From the NCBI GenBank assembly GCA_963748215.1, contig CAVVHS010000005.1, positions 128,001 through 192,000 of the forward strand: DNA of 64,000 bases, read 5' to 3'. Numbering within the stretch: position 1 is the stretch's first letter; every line of letters starts with the position of its first letter. Under the pieces are notes generated by a model. The model was given only the letters and a program-made list of their open reading frames with translations, searched no databases and was not told where the DNA came from. The position numbers and the translations under genes were made by a program. Source of the stretch: an uncultured Gammaproteobacteria bacterium. Lineage in GTDB: Bacteria; Pseudomonadota; Gammaproteobacteria; UBA9214. Positions 9,123 to 17,485 of this stretch are shown here, in pieces.

Positions 9123-9263
9123 ATGACTCAATGGAATTTTCTGTTAGTCATAATTCTGCTGGCAATGGGCATATTGTTTTTTCGGCCCGGCACAAGCATA
9201 GAAGAGCTATCTGGAAAATCAATGATATCAGAGCACACTTACCAGGAATATCAGGCGAAATAG
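9123..9263 (+). pseudogene. Short membrane-anchored ORF, apparently truncated by the repeat site
   Basis: GGAGG upstream; MTQWNFLLVIILLAMGILFFRPGTSIEELSGK then runs into the repeat at 9217 and stops inside it (46 aa, below the ORF-track cut-off). Confidence 0.45.
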
Positions 9264-9275
9264 TGTTCTGACACC
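9217..9275. repeat. GGGGTCAGA-family bipartite site (type C variant)
   Basis: AATCAATGATATCAGAGCACACTT-accaggaatatcaggcg-AAATAGTGTTCTGACACC. Confidence 0.72.
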
Positions 9276-9400
9276 GCTTCACTTTTATACACCTACAGGG
9301 AACGGAGGGATTGGAAAGAATCCCTCTGCCCCTGTATGCACCGGGTTATACTGCCTCCGAATCAATACCGGTTCATATTTTCATCCCGTGCGGAGGAATA

Positions 9401-10156
9401 ATGAAAACACTCTTCCTTGCTTTCATTCTTGCCCTGGTCGGCCCCAACCCCTCGTACGCTCAGGATACCGGCCTGGATCGCGGCGATGTCGCCCTCATCA
9501 AGAAAAAGCTGGTGACGGTCCAAACGGCCCTGGGTGGCGACCCTGACGGGTATGCTCTGGATTCCGAAGCGTTCAACCTGCCCACCGACTTCAACCCCGC
9601 CCAGGCCGGTAAATTCCGGCCGATAAGATCGAGCCTGTCCCTGCGCTACAGTGACAAGGCCTCGAAGAACAGCCAGGCCGGTGTCGAGAAGGCTGCCGAG
9701 GATTTTCAGGCCAAATATTCCGCGGCGATTGCCAGCGGGGATCAAGCCGCCATGATGAAGATGATGGAAGAAATGCAAATGATGGCGACACAGGCTGCCG
9801 CGGCATCGATGGCGCCACAAAAACAGCCGATGTCGGTTTACGTTGGATTCAATACGGGCGGCGGCACCGGCATCGACCCTGACGCCGTGGTGTTTGAAAG
9901 GGCCGGCGTCATTGCCATCAGAAATAAAAAGCTCAACGAAGCACAAGGTGAGCTGTGGATATATATCGACCCGGTGGCACTGAAGGACAGTAAAAAACTT
10001 TCCAAGGTGGACATGAGCACACCTAACGACGGCGTGACGAAAAAGACCGGCGTCTTCAACATCACCATCCAGGCGAACGGCACACTCTCCGACCTGGAGG
10101 CTTGGGCGTCCAGGATGGACACGGACGCCATGCTCTCGGTGATCGACAGTCTCTAG
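9401..10156 (+). CDS. Hypothetical exported protein
   Basis: GGAGGA RBS before ATG 9401; signal peptide MKTLFLAFILALVGPNPSYA; Met/Ala-rich helical middle. Confidence 0.8.
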   Translation: MKTLFLAFILALVGPNPSYAQDTGLDRGDVALIKKKLVTVQTALGGDPDGYALDSEAFNLPTDFNPAQAGKFRPIRSSLSLRYSDKASKNSQAGVEKAAEDFQAKYSAAIASGDQAAMMKMMEEMQMMATQAAAASMAPQKQPMSVYVGFNTGGGTGIDPDAVVFERAGVIAIRNKKLNEAQGELWIYIDPVALKDSKKLSKVDMSTPNDGVTKKTGVFNITIQANGTLSDLEAWASRMDTDAMLSVIDSL

Positions 10157-10165
10157 CACCTCCTG

Positions 10166-10220
10166 ATACAGGGTCAGATCCCGGTTTTCGCCAATAATCG
10201 GAATCCGGGATTCTGACCCC
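10166..10220. repeat. GGGGTCAGA-family bipartite site (type B doublet)
   Basis: ATACAGGGTCAGATCCCGGTTTTCG-ccaataat-CGGAATCCGGGATTCTGACCCC. Confidence 0.87.
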
Positions 10221-10223
10221 GGC

Positions 10224-10937
10224 TCATTTATAGGTGGCAACCACGTCGCGCCACAGTGACTCGAATTTGTCCACGAACAACTCGAACGATGCGCGCTCGG
10301 TGATCCGACGTTCATCCTCGATCGCGGCGCGGGTTGCCCACACCGCGGCATTCTGATCACGCCAGGAGGTCGCTTCCGCCCTGCCGTAGACAAAGCCGGA
10401 ACGCACATCGACCAGTTGTGCCGAGGTCTTCACGGTAACACGCGCGCTCCTGTTCGGCGGAAAGCCCGGCTTGATGATCGCCAGCGGGTCGTACCTGGCC
10501 TGGTCGACACTGAATCGGGTATCCAGCGTATACAGCAACAGCAGGTCGGCATTAAGCCCCTCGGCCACAGGGCGCAGCGCATCGACCGTGTTCAGCGATG
10601 GCGGGAGCCGGTCCGGGGGCAGGCTGTCCACCCCGGCGACCTGCGGCAACTGCTGCAGGCGCTGGATTTCCCGTTCGGCTTCGATATTGCGGACGGTCAT
10701 TACGCAGAAGCGGCCCGTGCCGTAACAGGCGGGATTGGTCGTGCCATAGCCCGCCGCCTGTACCCGCACCAGCGCAATCCGCGCAGGAAACGCCGCGCCC
10801 GGCTGGCGTTTCTCCGCCGCACCGCCCGCGCCGGAGGCCGTCAGATCGGACAAAATCGCACCGGCACCCGGCGTCTGGTAGGTGGCGCAGCCGGACAGGG
10901 ACAGGAACAGCAACAGCAGGGAAAGTCGATATAGCAT
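10224..10937 (-). CDS. Hypothetical lipoprotein
   Basis: MLYRLSLLLLFLSLSGC lipobox; globular alpha/beta body (FPARIALVRVQ, DLLLLYTLDT, LVDVRSGFVYG). Confidence 0.82.
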   Translation of the reverse strand: MLYRLSLLLLFLSLSGCATYQTPGAGAILSDLTASGAGGAAEKRQPGAAFPARIALVRVQAAGYGTTNPACYGTGRFCVMTVRNIEAEREIQRLQQLPQVAGVDSLPPDRLPPSLNTVDALRPVAEGLNADLLLLYTLDTRFSVDQARYDPLAIIKPGFPPNRSARVTVKTSAQLVDVRSGFVYGRAEATSWRDQNAAVWATRAAIEDERRITERASFELFVDKFESLWRDVVATYK

Positions 10938-11012
10938 GGCAGGATTCACAATGTTGGAAAGGGAGCCAGAGTATAGATCGCAATGATGGAGGAATAAAAA
11001 CGGGAATCAAGG

Positions 11013-11274
11013 AATCAACAGGGTCAGATTCACTGCTGCCCCACATAGTCACCAGGAAAGTTTATTGAATGCGGCTATTCCAGTGATGGGATGGTGTTGA
11101 GCGGTACGTGGACATGAAATTCCGGAACAACAATGATGTCATACCCGCGAAGGCGGGCATCCAGTAAGTCACTGATTAGCCGGGACACAAATAATCCTGG
11201 ATTCCCGCCTTCGCGGGAATGACGGCTATGTGGAACAGCAGTGGGTCAGACTCGATTATTTCGATCCAATATTG
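11013..11274. repeat. Two GGGGTCAGA-family left arms enclosing a CGTC-type REP
   Basis: AATCAACAGGGTCAGATTC (11013-11031); GTCATACCCGCGAAGGCGGGCATCCAG...CTGGATTCCCGCCTTCGCGGGAATGAC (11138-11223); GTGGGTCAGACTCGATT...CAATATTG (11241-11274). Confidence 0.8.
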
Positions 11275-11348
11275 ACACAGCAGTGGCGCCAGCCCTTACT
11301 ATTGAGCGGGCTCACCTGCCCTATTCACAAACGGATCAAGGTACCCCC

Positions 11349-12254
11349 ATGCAACTTGACTCACTCAACGTACGTTTTGCAATCAACAATCACCTGGAGT
11401 TCGTTGCCGGCCAGGGCGGATTGACCAATGCCGTCATCAGCAATGACCTGGCCAGCGCAAGGGTTTCGCTGTATGCGGGACAGGTGTTGTCCTGGCAGCC
11501 GAAGGCAATGCAGCACGATGTGCTGTTTCTGAGTGACCGGGCGTATTACCAGGCCGGCAAGGCCATCAAGGGTGGCGTGCCGGTCTGCTGGCCATGGTTC
11601 GGCCCGGACCCACAGGGAAAGGGCCGGCCAGCGCACGGCTTTGCGCGCATCTCGGTGTGGGAGGTTCTGAACACGGCGGCGCTGGACAATGGCGCCACGC
11701 AACTGGTACTCGGCCTGACGCTGAATGACCAGACGCGTTCCCTGTGGGAGGGGGATATCGAGGCGCAGCTCGCGATCACGGTGGGCGACACGCTCAGGCT
11801 GGCACTGACCACACACAATCGCGGCAATGAGCCCATCGAGCTGAGCCAGGCACTGCACACCTATTTCGCGGTGGGCGATATCGCCAAAACCATGGTGAGC
11901 GGTCTGGAAGACAGGACCTATATCGACAAGGTCGACAACAGCAAGCAAAAAGTCCAGCTGGGTGCGGTGATGGTCAGCGGGGAAGTCGACCGGATCTACA
12001 CCGGTGTGGACCGCGAGTTACAGATTCACGACGCCGCATACAAGCGGGTGATACACATCAAGGCCGGGGGCAGCGCAAGTGCGGTCGTGTGGAATCCGTG
12101 GCAGGCCATCGCCGCCAGCATGGCTGACCTGGGCGATGAGGATTACCGCCACATGCTGTGCGTGGAGACTACCAATGCCGGACCAGACGTGGTAAATCTG
12201 GCAGCTGGCGCAAAGCATACGCTTAGTGCTGAATATGCAGCCACCGACATATAG
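11349..12254 (+). CDS. D-hexose-6-phosphate mutarotase (aldose 1-epimerase family, YeaD-like)
   Basis: KAIKGGVPVCWPWFG, HGFAR, ALHTYF, EVDRIY, VVWNPW and MLCVET motifs. Confidence 0.93.
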   Translation: MQLDSLNVRFAINNHLEFVAGQGGLTNAVISNDLASARVSLYAGQVLSWQPKAMQHDVLFLSDRAYYQAGKAIKGGVPVCWPWFGPDPQGKGRPAHGFARISVWEVLNTAALDNGATQLVLGLTLNDQTRSLWEGDIEAQLAITVGDTLRLALTTHNRGNEPIELSQALHTYFAVGDIAKTMVSGLEDRTYIDKVDNSKQKVQLGAVMVSGEVDRIYTGVDRELQIHDAAYKRVIHIKAGGSASAVVWNPWQAIAASMADLGDEDYRHMLCVETTNAGPDVVNLAAGAKHTLSAEYAATDI

Positions 12255-12342
12255 CGGGGAAGCAAAACGCATCAGGGGTCGGTGATCAACCCTGATCAGG
12301 ATGTCGGGCCACCTGCGATGAAAAGTCATTACTGAATCAGCC

Positions 12343-12627
12343 ATGCAAAAAACAGACAACATGCCAATCTGGGTCTATCTCGCCTTCTCGAGCATCTCGA
12401 CGAGGAAGGGAGCGTTATTGCTGATCCTGGCCTGCGCGGTGTTTACCCTGTACTGCATCCCCTGGCCCCTGTTTTTCGCGCGCCCGGCCTGGCTTGTAAA
12501 CCTGTTTCTGATCGAGGACTGGAGCTGGTTTGCAATGATGGTTCCGATCACCTTGTGGTACTGGATAAGCTTAAGATGGATCGACAAAAACCATGCTTGG
12601 GCCGACACCGGCAAGAATGACAACTAG
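12343..12627 (+). CDS. Small hypothetical membrane protein
   Basis: Two TM segments, Trp-rich (PIWVYLAFSSISTRKGAL...WYWISLRWIDKNHAW). Confidence 0.7.
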   Translation: MQKTDNMPIWVYLAFSSISTRKGALLLILACAVFTLYCIPWPLFFARPAWLVNLFLIEDWSWFAMMVPITLWYWISLRWIDKNHAWADTGKNDN

Positions 12628-12765
12628 CCCGAAGACGGGGGACGGAGGGCATGCACCCCCCCGCCCCCTATCGTTACTTCTATGGAGACTGTCCCCGTGT
12701 TGCGTGCTGCTGTTACCCGTTCTGGCGAGACAGCTTCCATTGCTGCATGGCGAAAATGACGCCGC

Positions 12766-13023
12766 CTAGATCCCGCCGATGAGCTGCGCGTTCAGCTGGT
12801 GCTGCTTGACGAGTTTCAGAATATGCGACGAGTTGGTCTGTGCCGGGTTGTAGCCGACGACCAGCAGGTGCTGACGTTCTTCGTTGAAGTGCGCGCGTTC
12901 GACACCTGCCGATTCTAACAGGGCGTGCTCGACCCGCCGCCTGTTCTGCTCATCCAGCTGTTCGTCTACGTGTACAACGATGTCAATCTTGGTTGTAATG
13001 ATGTTCGGTTGTGCGTTGTTCAT
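12766..13023 (-). CDS. Small HMA/ferredoxin-fold-like protein lacking the CxxC motif
   Basis: AAGGAG RBS; DIVVHVDEQL...GVERAHF...HLLVVGYNP...AQLIG. Confidence 0.72.
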   Translation of the reverse strand: MNNAQPNIITTKIDIVVHVDEQLDEQNRRRVEHALLESAGVERAHFNEERQHLLVVGYNPAQTNSSHILKLVKQHQLNAQLIGGI

Positions 13024-13060
13024 CCGGCTCTCCTTGTTAGGTCAACAACGCCGTGAATAT

Positions 13061-13078
13061 TTGCAAGTGCTATGCCAA
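13061..13078 (-). promoter_or_regulatory. Sigma-54 (-24/-12) promoter for the 12766-13023 gene
   Basis: Reverse complement TTGGCATAGCACTTGCAA matches TGGCAC-N5-TTGCW with exact spacing, about 40 bp upstream of the ATG. Confidence 0.7.
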
Positions 13079-13246
13079 CTTTAAATAGAGCCCGATAACA
13101 ATGGATTACCGCCGCTGGAAACAGCGGCGACTGCGACGGTTGTTACCGGCAGGCGACGCTTGCGACGGGTATATTGTTAACCTCAGGAATATACTATTGT
13201 TAAGCTGTCGCCCGATTACGACGAAATGTGCGCCGGAGAGACCAGT

Positions 13247-13729
13247 ATGACATTCGAAACCGACGTGGCCGCCACCGCGGAGCGCGAGCTGGTATTGACT
13301 CGCATCATCGCCGCGCCGCGGGCCAGGCTGTTCAGGGCATGGACGGAACCCGCTCTGCTGAAGCAGTGGTTTGCGCCGTTGCCCTGGACCACGCCGCATG
13401 CCGAGCTCGACGTCCGCCCCGGGGGCACCAGCCTGGTTGTCATGCGTGACCCCGACGGTAACGAAATACCGAACCGCGGGGTCTACCTGGAGGTTATCGA
13501 GAATGAGCGGATCGTGTTTACCGATGCCTACACGAAGGCCTGGGAACCCTCGGAAAAGCCGTTCATGACGGTGATCCTGACCTTCGGGGACGAGCACGGC
13601 AAAACCCGGTACACGGCCCGGGTCCGCCACTGGACAGTCGCCGATCGCGAGGCGCACGAGCAAATGGGCTTTCACCAGGGTTGGGGACTGTGCGCAGACC
13701 AGCTGGCGGCGCTCGTCGAAAAGCCGTGA
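13247..13729 (+). CDS. SRPBCC/AHSA1-like domain protein
   Basis: RELVLTRIIAAPRARLFRAWTEP..LKQWFAP, DVRPGG and MGFHQGWG motifs. Confidence 0.92.
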   Translation: MTFETDVAATAERELVLTRIIAAPRARLFRAWTEPALLKQWFAPLPWTTPHAELDVRPGGTSLVVMRDPDGNEIPNRGVYLEVIENERIVFTDAYTKAWEPSEKPFMTVILTFGDEHGKTRYTARVRHWTVADREAHEQMGFHQGWGLCADQLAALVEKP

Positions 13730-13756
13730 TGGCCCGGCAGGCTATATACTGACGCC

Positions 13757-14350
13757 ATGACGAAACTGCTTGCCATCAACGGCTCCTATCGCGAAAACGG
13801 CGCCATCGACCAGGCGGTCGCAGCCGCCGTGCAGGCGGCGACGACGGCCGGTGCGACGGTCGAGGTCGTCACGCTGCGCGATTTTCCCATCGAGTTCTGT
13901 CTCAACTGCCGGCACTGCACCCAGCAACCGGGTGACGCGCCCGGCGAATGCGTGCACCAGGACCGCATGCACGAACTGGTGGCCAGCATCGAGGCGGCCG
14001 ACGGCTTCATCCTCGCCTCCCCCACCAACTTCTATGCGGTCACCGCCATCTTCAAGCGCTTCATGGAACGGCTGATTGTCTATGGCTGGTGGCCATGGGG
14101 CGCGCATGCGCCGAAATTCCGCAAATCAAAGCTCGACAAGAAGGCCATCCTGATCGCGTCCAGCGCCGCACCCGGCCCGATGGGACGGCTGTTCTACACG
14201 ACCCTCAAGCAACTGCGGCAGACGGCCAGGACCATCGGCGCGAAACCGGTCGGCTCGGCCTTCATCGGGCTGATGTCGCAGCAGGAACACCCCGTCCTGC
14301 CGGACAAGACCCGCCGTCAGGTGCAAAAACTGGTCGGCAGACTGCTCTAG
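13757..14350 (+). CDS. Flavodoxin-fold NAD(P)H-dependent FMN reductase / iron-sulfur flavoprotein-like
   Basis: LAINGSYR, FCLNCRHC...C and ADGFILASPTNF...KRFMER. Confidence 0.88.
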   Translation: MTKLLAINGSYRENGAIDQAVAAAVQAATTAGATVEVVTLRDFPIEFCLNCRHCTQQPGDAPGECVHQDRMHELVASIEAADGFILASPTNFYAVTAIFKRFMERLIVYGWWPWGAHAPKFRKSKLDKKAILIASSAAPGPMGRLFYTTLKQLRQTARTIGAKPVGSAFIGLMSQQEHPVLPDKTRRQVQKLVGRLL

Positions 14351-14470
14351 CCCGCATTTCTCACCGGGCGGCTGTTGACGGACATAAACAATTGAAGTCA
14401 TGAAAGCGATGCCCATTCAGCAACAAACAGTGTGTCTTCGGGCGGCGCCTATCCCGGTGAGAAATACGGG
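14351..14470. mobile_element. 120-bp MITE with 18-bp terminal inverted repeats and CTAG flanks
   Basis: CCCGCATTTCTCACCGGG ... CCCGGTGAGAAATACGGG (1 mismatch); CTAG at 14347-14350 and 14471-14474. Confidence 0.75.
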
Positions 14471-14646
14471 CTAGTCGCCGTGCGGCACCTGCAGGTAATT
14501 CCGATGACATTGCAAGGTGCACGGCGCGCTGTGCACTTGCTTTGCATCCCGCGCCGCCTGTCGCTGTAGCAACCCGGCCTGGCAGGAGAGGTTTTCACGG
14601 AAATTGTTTGCCTCGATACCTTCCCGCAAGCCGGCGGATAAATGAG

Positions 14647-14996
14647 GGAAGCTCTGATTAATCCGTCATTCCGGGCGAAACCCGGACTTGATTCGGGGGG
14701 AGGCCCGGAATCCAGGTGTTACAATTCAGGCCGTTACTGGATTCCGGCCTCGGCTTTGGCTTCCTGCGTCGCTCTCGGCTCTGGCATGGCCCAGGCCAGT
14801 CTCTCGATCGCTGTGCGATCTCACCTTCTCCTGCTTCGCCCTGCCGAGTCCATCCATGGACTCGTACCTCCTCGGTAACTGCTCCATGCGTCGCCTGGAG
14901 GCGCCTACTTTTGGTACTTTACCTCCACATCCATGTAGTCATGCATCCCTGCAGTCGTGCGCCGGAATGACGAGCATTGATTTAATCAGAGCTTCC
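14647..14996. mobile_element. 350-bp composite MITE (copy 1)
   Basis: Perfect 15-bp TIR GGAAGCTCTGATTAA/TTAATCAGAGCTTCC; internal CGTCATTCCGG...CCGGAATGACG; closely similar copy at 38468-38821. Confidence 0.85.
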
Positions 14997-15034
14997 TTAG
15001 GGTATACTCGTATTGTTTTATCAATCCATTTACC

Positions 15035-15634
15035 ATGCTCCGACTGCTCGCAATCAACGGTTGTTACCGGGAAAACAGTGTCATCGAACAAGCCGTAGCG
15101 CTGGTCGTGCAGACGACCATGGCGGCCGGCGCGACGACCCAAATCGTCCGGTTACGCGACCTTCCTGTCAAGGACTGCCTCAACTGCCGGCAATGCACCG
15201 GACAGCCGGGGACCGTGCCTGACGAATGCGTAATCCGCAAGCACATGAACACGCTACTCGAGCAGATCGAGGCAGCGGATGGCTTTATCCTCGCTTCCCC
15301 CGCCAATTTATATACGGCCAACAACGTCTTCAGGCGCTTAATCGAGCAGCTGATGGAATATGCACTCATACACGGGGGGCCGCACGCGCCATCGTTCGCA
15401 GGACAGTCAAACAGGAGACCTGCCATCCTGATTTCGACCAGCGCCACGCCCGGCTGGATGGGGCGCGTGTACTACTCGACACACCAGCAACTCAAGAAGA
15501 CGGCCCGTGCCCTCGGCGCGGAATCCGCCGGCTCCGTCTACATCGATATGGCATGCCCGGAGAGAGACCCCGTCCTGCCGGACAAGGTCCGCCGGCAGCT
15601 GCAGGACCTGGCCGGGAAGCTGCTGCACGAGTAA
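15035..15634 (+). CDS. Flavodoxin-fold FMN reductase-like protein, paralog of 13757-14350
   Basis: LLAINGCYRENS, CLNCRQC...C, ADGFILASP and PVLPDK, collinear with the upstream gene. Confidence 0.85.
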   Translation: MLRLLAINGCYRENSVIEQAVALVVQTTMAAGATTQIVRLRDLPVKDCLNCRQCTGQPGTVPDECVIRKHMNTLLEQIEAADGFILASPANLYTANNVFRRLIEQLMEYALIHGGPHAPSFAGQSNRRPAILISTSATPGWMGRVYYSTHQQLKKTARALGAESAGSVYIDMACPERDPVLPDKVRRQLQDLAGKLLHE

Positions 15635-15967
15635 CCCGGACACGATCCCGGCAGCTTTGCGGACCGCGGCGCTTCGCAGGACGCATGCCCGGCATGCGGA
15701 ACCCGTCAGCGACCTCCGCCCCTCGAGACAAGCCAAGGCTATCCGGCAATCGCGTTATTCAGGGTGAATACGCGCCACGGAACGCAGGGTGAAAGTGAGT
15801 CCTTGAACCGGTCAGGAAGCTGGTTTTTCGCATTGCGCGGGAGCGCGCCTGACCGTGATAATGTCACTCACGCTAGAACCAGGCTGGAAGCCGCCTTGCA
15901 CCCTGGCGTGAGATATGGATTATTGATGCCGCTTGCGGGCTTACCGCATCCCGCGATGCGGCCATGA

Positions 15968-16954
15968 TCAGAGGCCGGACCCGGTCCCCGTTTTCGCCTG
16001 CGATTGTCGCTTTTGTTCGTACATCAGCGCGTCGGCCTCGATCAGCAGGTCACCAATATCGGCGTGGCGCGCCGCATCAAACCGTACTGCGCCAACACTG
16101 TAGGCTATATCGTAGCCTCGCCGGACCTCGTGATTGCAGCTATCGAAAGCTTGCCGCAGCCTGCGCAAGGCAATGTTCAATGTCTCATCACTGGCATTGG
16201 TCAACAGCACCGCAAACTCGTCCCCGCCAAGCCGTCCCAGCACGTCGGATTCGCGGAACGTCTCCTGTAGCAGCCGGGCGAATGTTACCAGCGCCTGATC
16301 GCCCTCGGCATGGCCAAAGCGGTCGTTGATTTGCTTGAACAGATCCAGGTCAAGAAACAGCAACGATGCGGGCCTGTCCATGCGTCGACACAAGCCAAGC
16401 GCATGTGACGCCAGTTTCTCAAACCCCCGCCGGTTGGAAAGCATCGTCAACTCGTCCATCGTCGCCAGCCGTGCCGCGGTCAGCTCCTGCTCGACCATGC
16501 ACGCCAGATCGCGCAATGTCGCCAGGTCGTCTGCACTGAACTCGCGCGGCTCATGATCGATAATGCAGAGCGTACCCAGCCTGCTGCCGTTTGACACGGA
16601 TATCGGGCAGCCGGCATAAAAGCGGATGCGCGGGTCACCGGCAACCAGCGGGTTGTCATGGAATCTCTCGTCATCGGCCGCGTCGGGAACCACGAACACC
16701 TCGTCTTCCAGAATGGCATGACCGCAGAATGAAATATCACGCGGGGTTTCCGCTGCATCCAGACCCTGGCAAGACTTGAACCACTGACGGTCTTCATCCA
16801 CCAGACTTACCAGGGCTATGGGTGCACCGAACAGGCGCTTCGCCAACCGGGTCAGTCGATCGAATCGTTCCTCGTGTACAGTGTCAAGAATGCCCAACGC
16901 ATGCAGTGTCTCGATGCGGGTTGCCTCGTCGGCCGGCTTTGGGGGTTTTTTCAT
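15968..16954 (-). CDS. GAF-GGDEF diguanylate cyclase
   Basis: GAF (ERFDRLTRLA, SFCGHAI, IRFYAG) plus DELTMLSNRR, RESD I-site and RLGGDEF. Confidence 0.94.
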   Translation of the reverse strand: MKKPPKPADEATRIETLHALGILDTVHEERFDRLTRLAKRLFGAPIALVSLVDEDRQWFKSCQGLDAAETPRDISFCGHAILEDEVFVVPDAADDERFHDNPLVAGDPRIRFYAGCPISVSNGSRLGTLCIIDHEPREFSADDLATLRDLACMVEQELTAARLATMDELTMLSNRRGFEKLASHALGLCRRMDRPASLLFLDLDLFKQINDRFGHAEGDQALVTFARLLQETFRESDVLGRLGGDEFAVLLTNASDETLNIALRRLRQAFDSCNHEVRRGYDIAYSVGAVRFDAARHADIGDLLIEADALMYEQKRQSQAKTGTGSGL

Positions 16955-17485
16955 GTCTGGCCTCAGTCTTTGCTCAGCGACTGCACCCGCCAATCCTGTC
17001 ACGCATGGCTGCTCTCCCTCGCGGTGTCATGCGCCAGTCATCCATTTCCGGCGGGCCAGATACATTTACTCACGGACACTATCGACGGCGCCGGCAAATA
17101 ATTGAGGCGACACTGTATATCGACGAACCACCGTTGTCTGTACAGGCCGCCAGATCAACCGTGGAAACGGCAGCGCAAGACCGGTGCGCGCAGGATAAAC
17201 AGGAAAAATTCCGGCCAATCTGCATGTATTCAGGATACCAGCGCCTGTTTGGCGTTCGCCCGGCATAGCGCGTCAGCCATCGGGCCACATCACCAGGGGC
17301 GTCTTTGTTTGCGGCTTGAGTTCCGGGGGCCACACGGGTTGTGCGAGTTAGCCATTGGTGGCCACCACTCGCTCCAGCTTCCAGGACTTCCCGCACACCG
17401 CCCTCCTGTACTATGCTGCGCTGCCGGTGCGCCTCGCTCGACGGCATGGCACACAGGCCGGGTCATGCATAATCAGGATAACGTC

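Noticed and set aside
8936-9271. 111-aa ORF
   Set aside because: No RBS or motifs, and it spans a repeat; the 9123-9263 frame has a better RBS and a TM segment.
3991-11274. Classical integron / CALIN
   Set aside because: No intI is present. The sites lack RYYYAAC...GTTRRRY ends and attC-type bulged stems, and one module is inverted.
3991-11274. CRISPR array or Xer pdif modules
   Set aside because: The repeats are separated by whole genes, not 30-40-bp spacers, and there are no cas genes. No 11-6-11 XerC/XerD (TTATGTTAAAT) pattern is seen.
14642-15098. ORFs shared with 38487-38795
   Set aside because: They are translations of the composite MITE, not genes.
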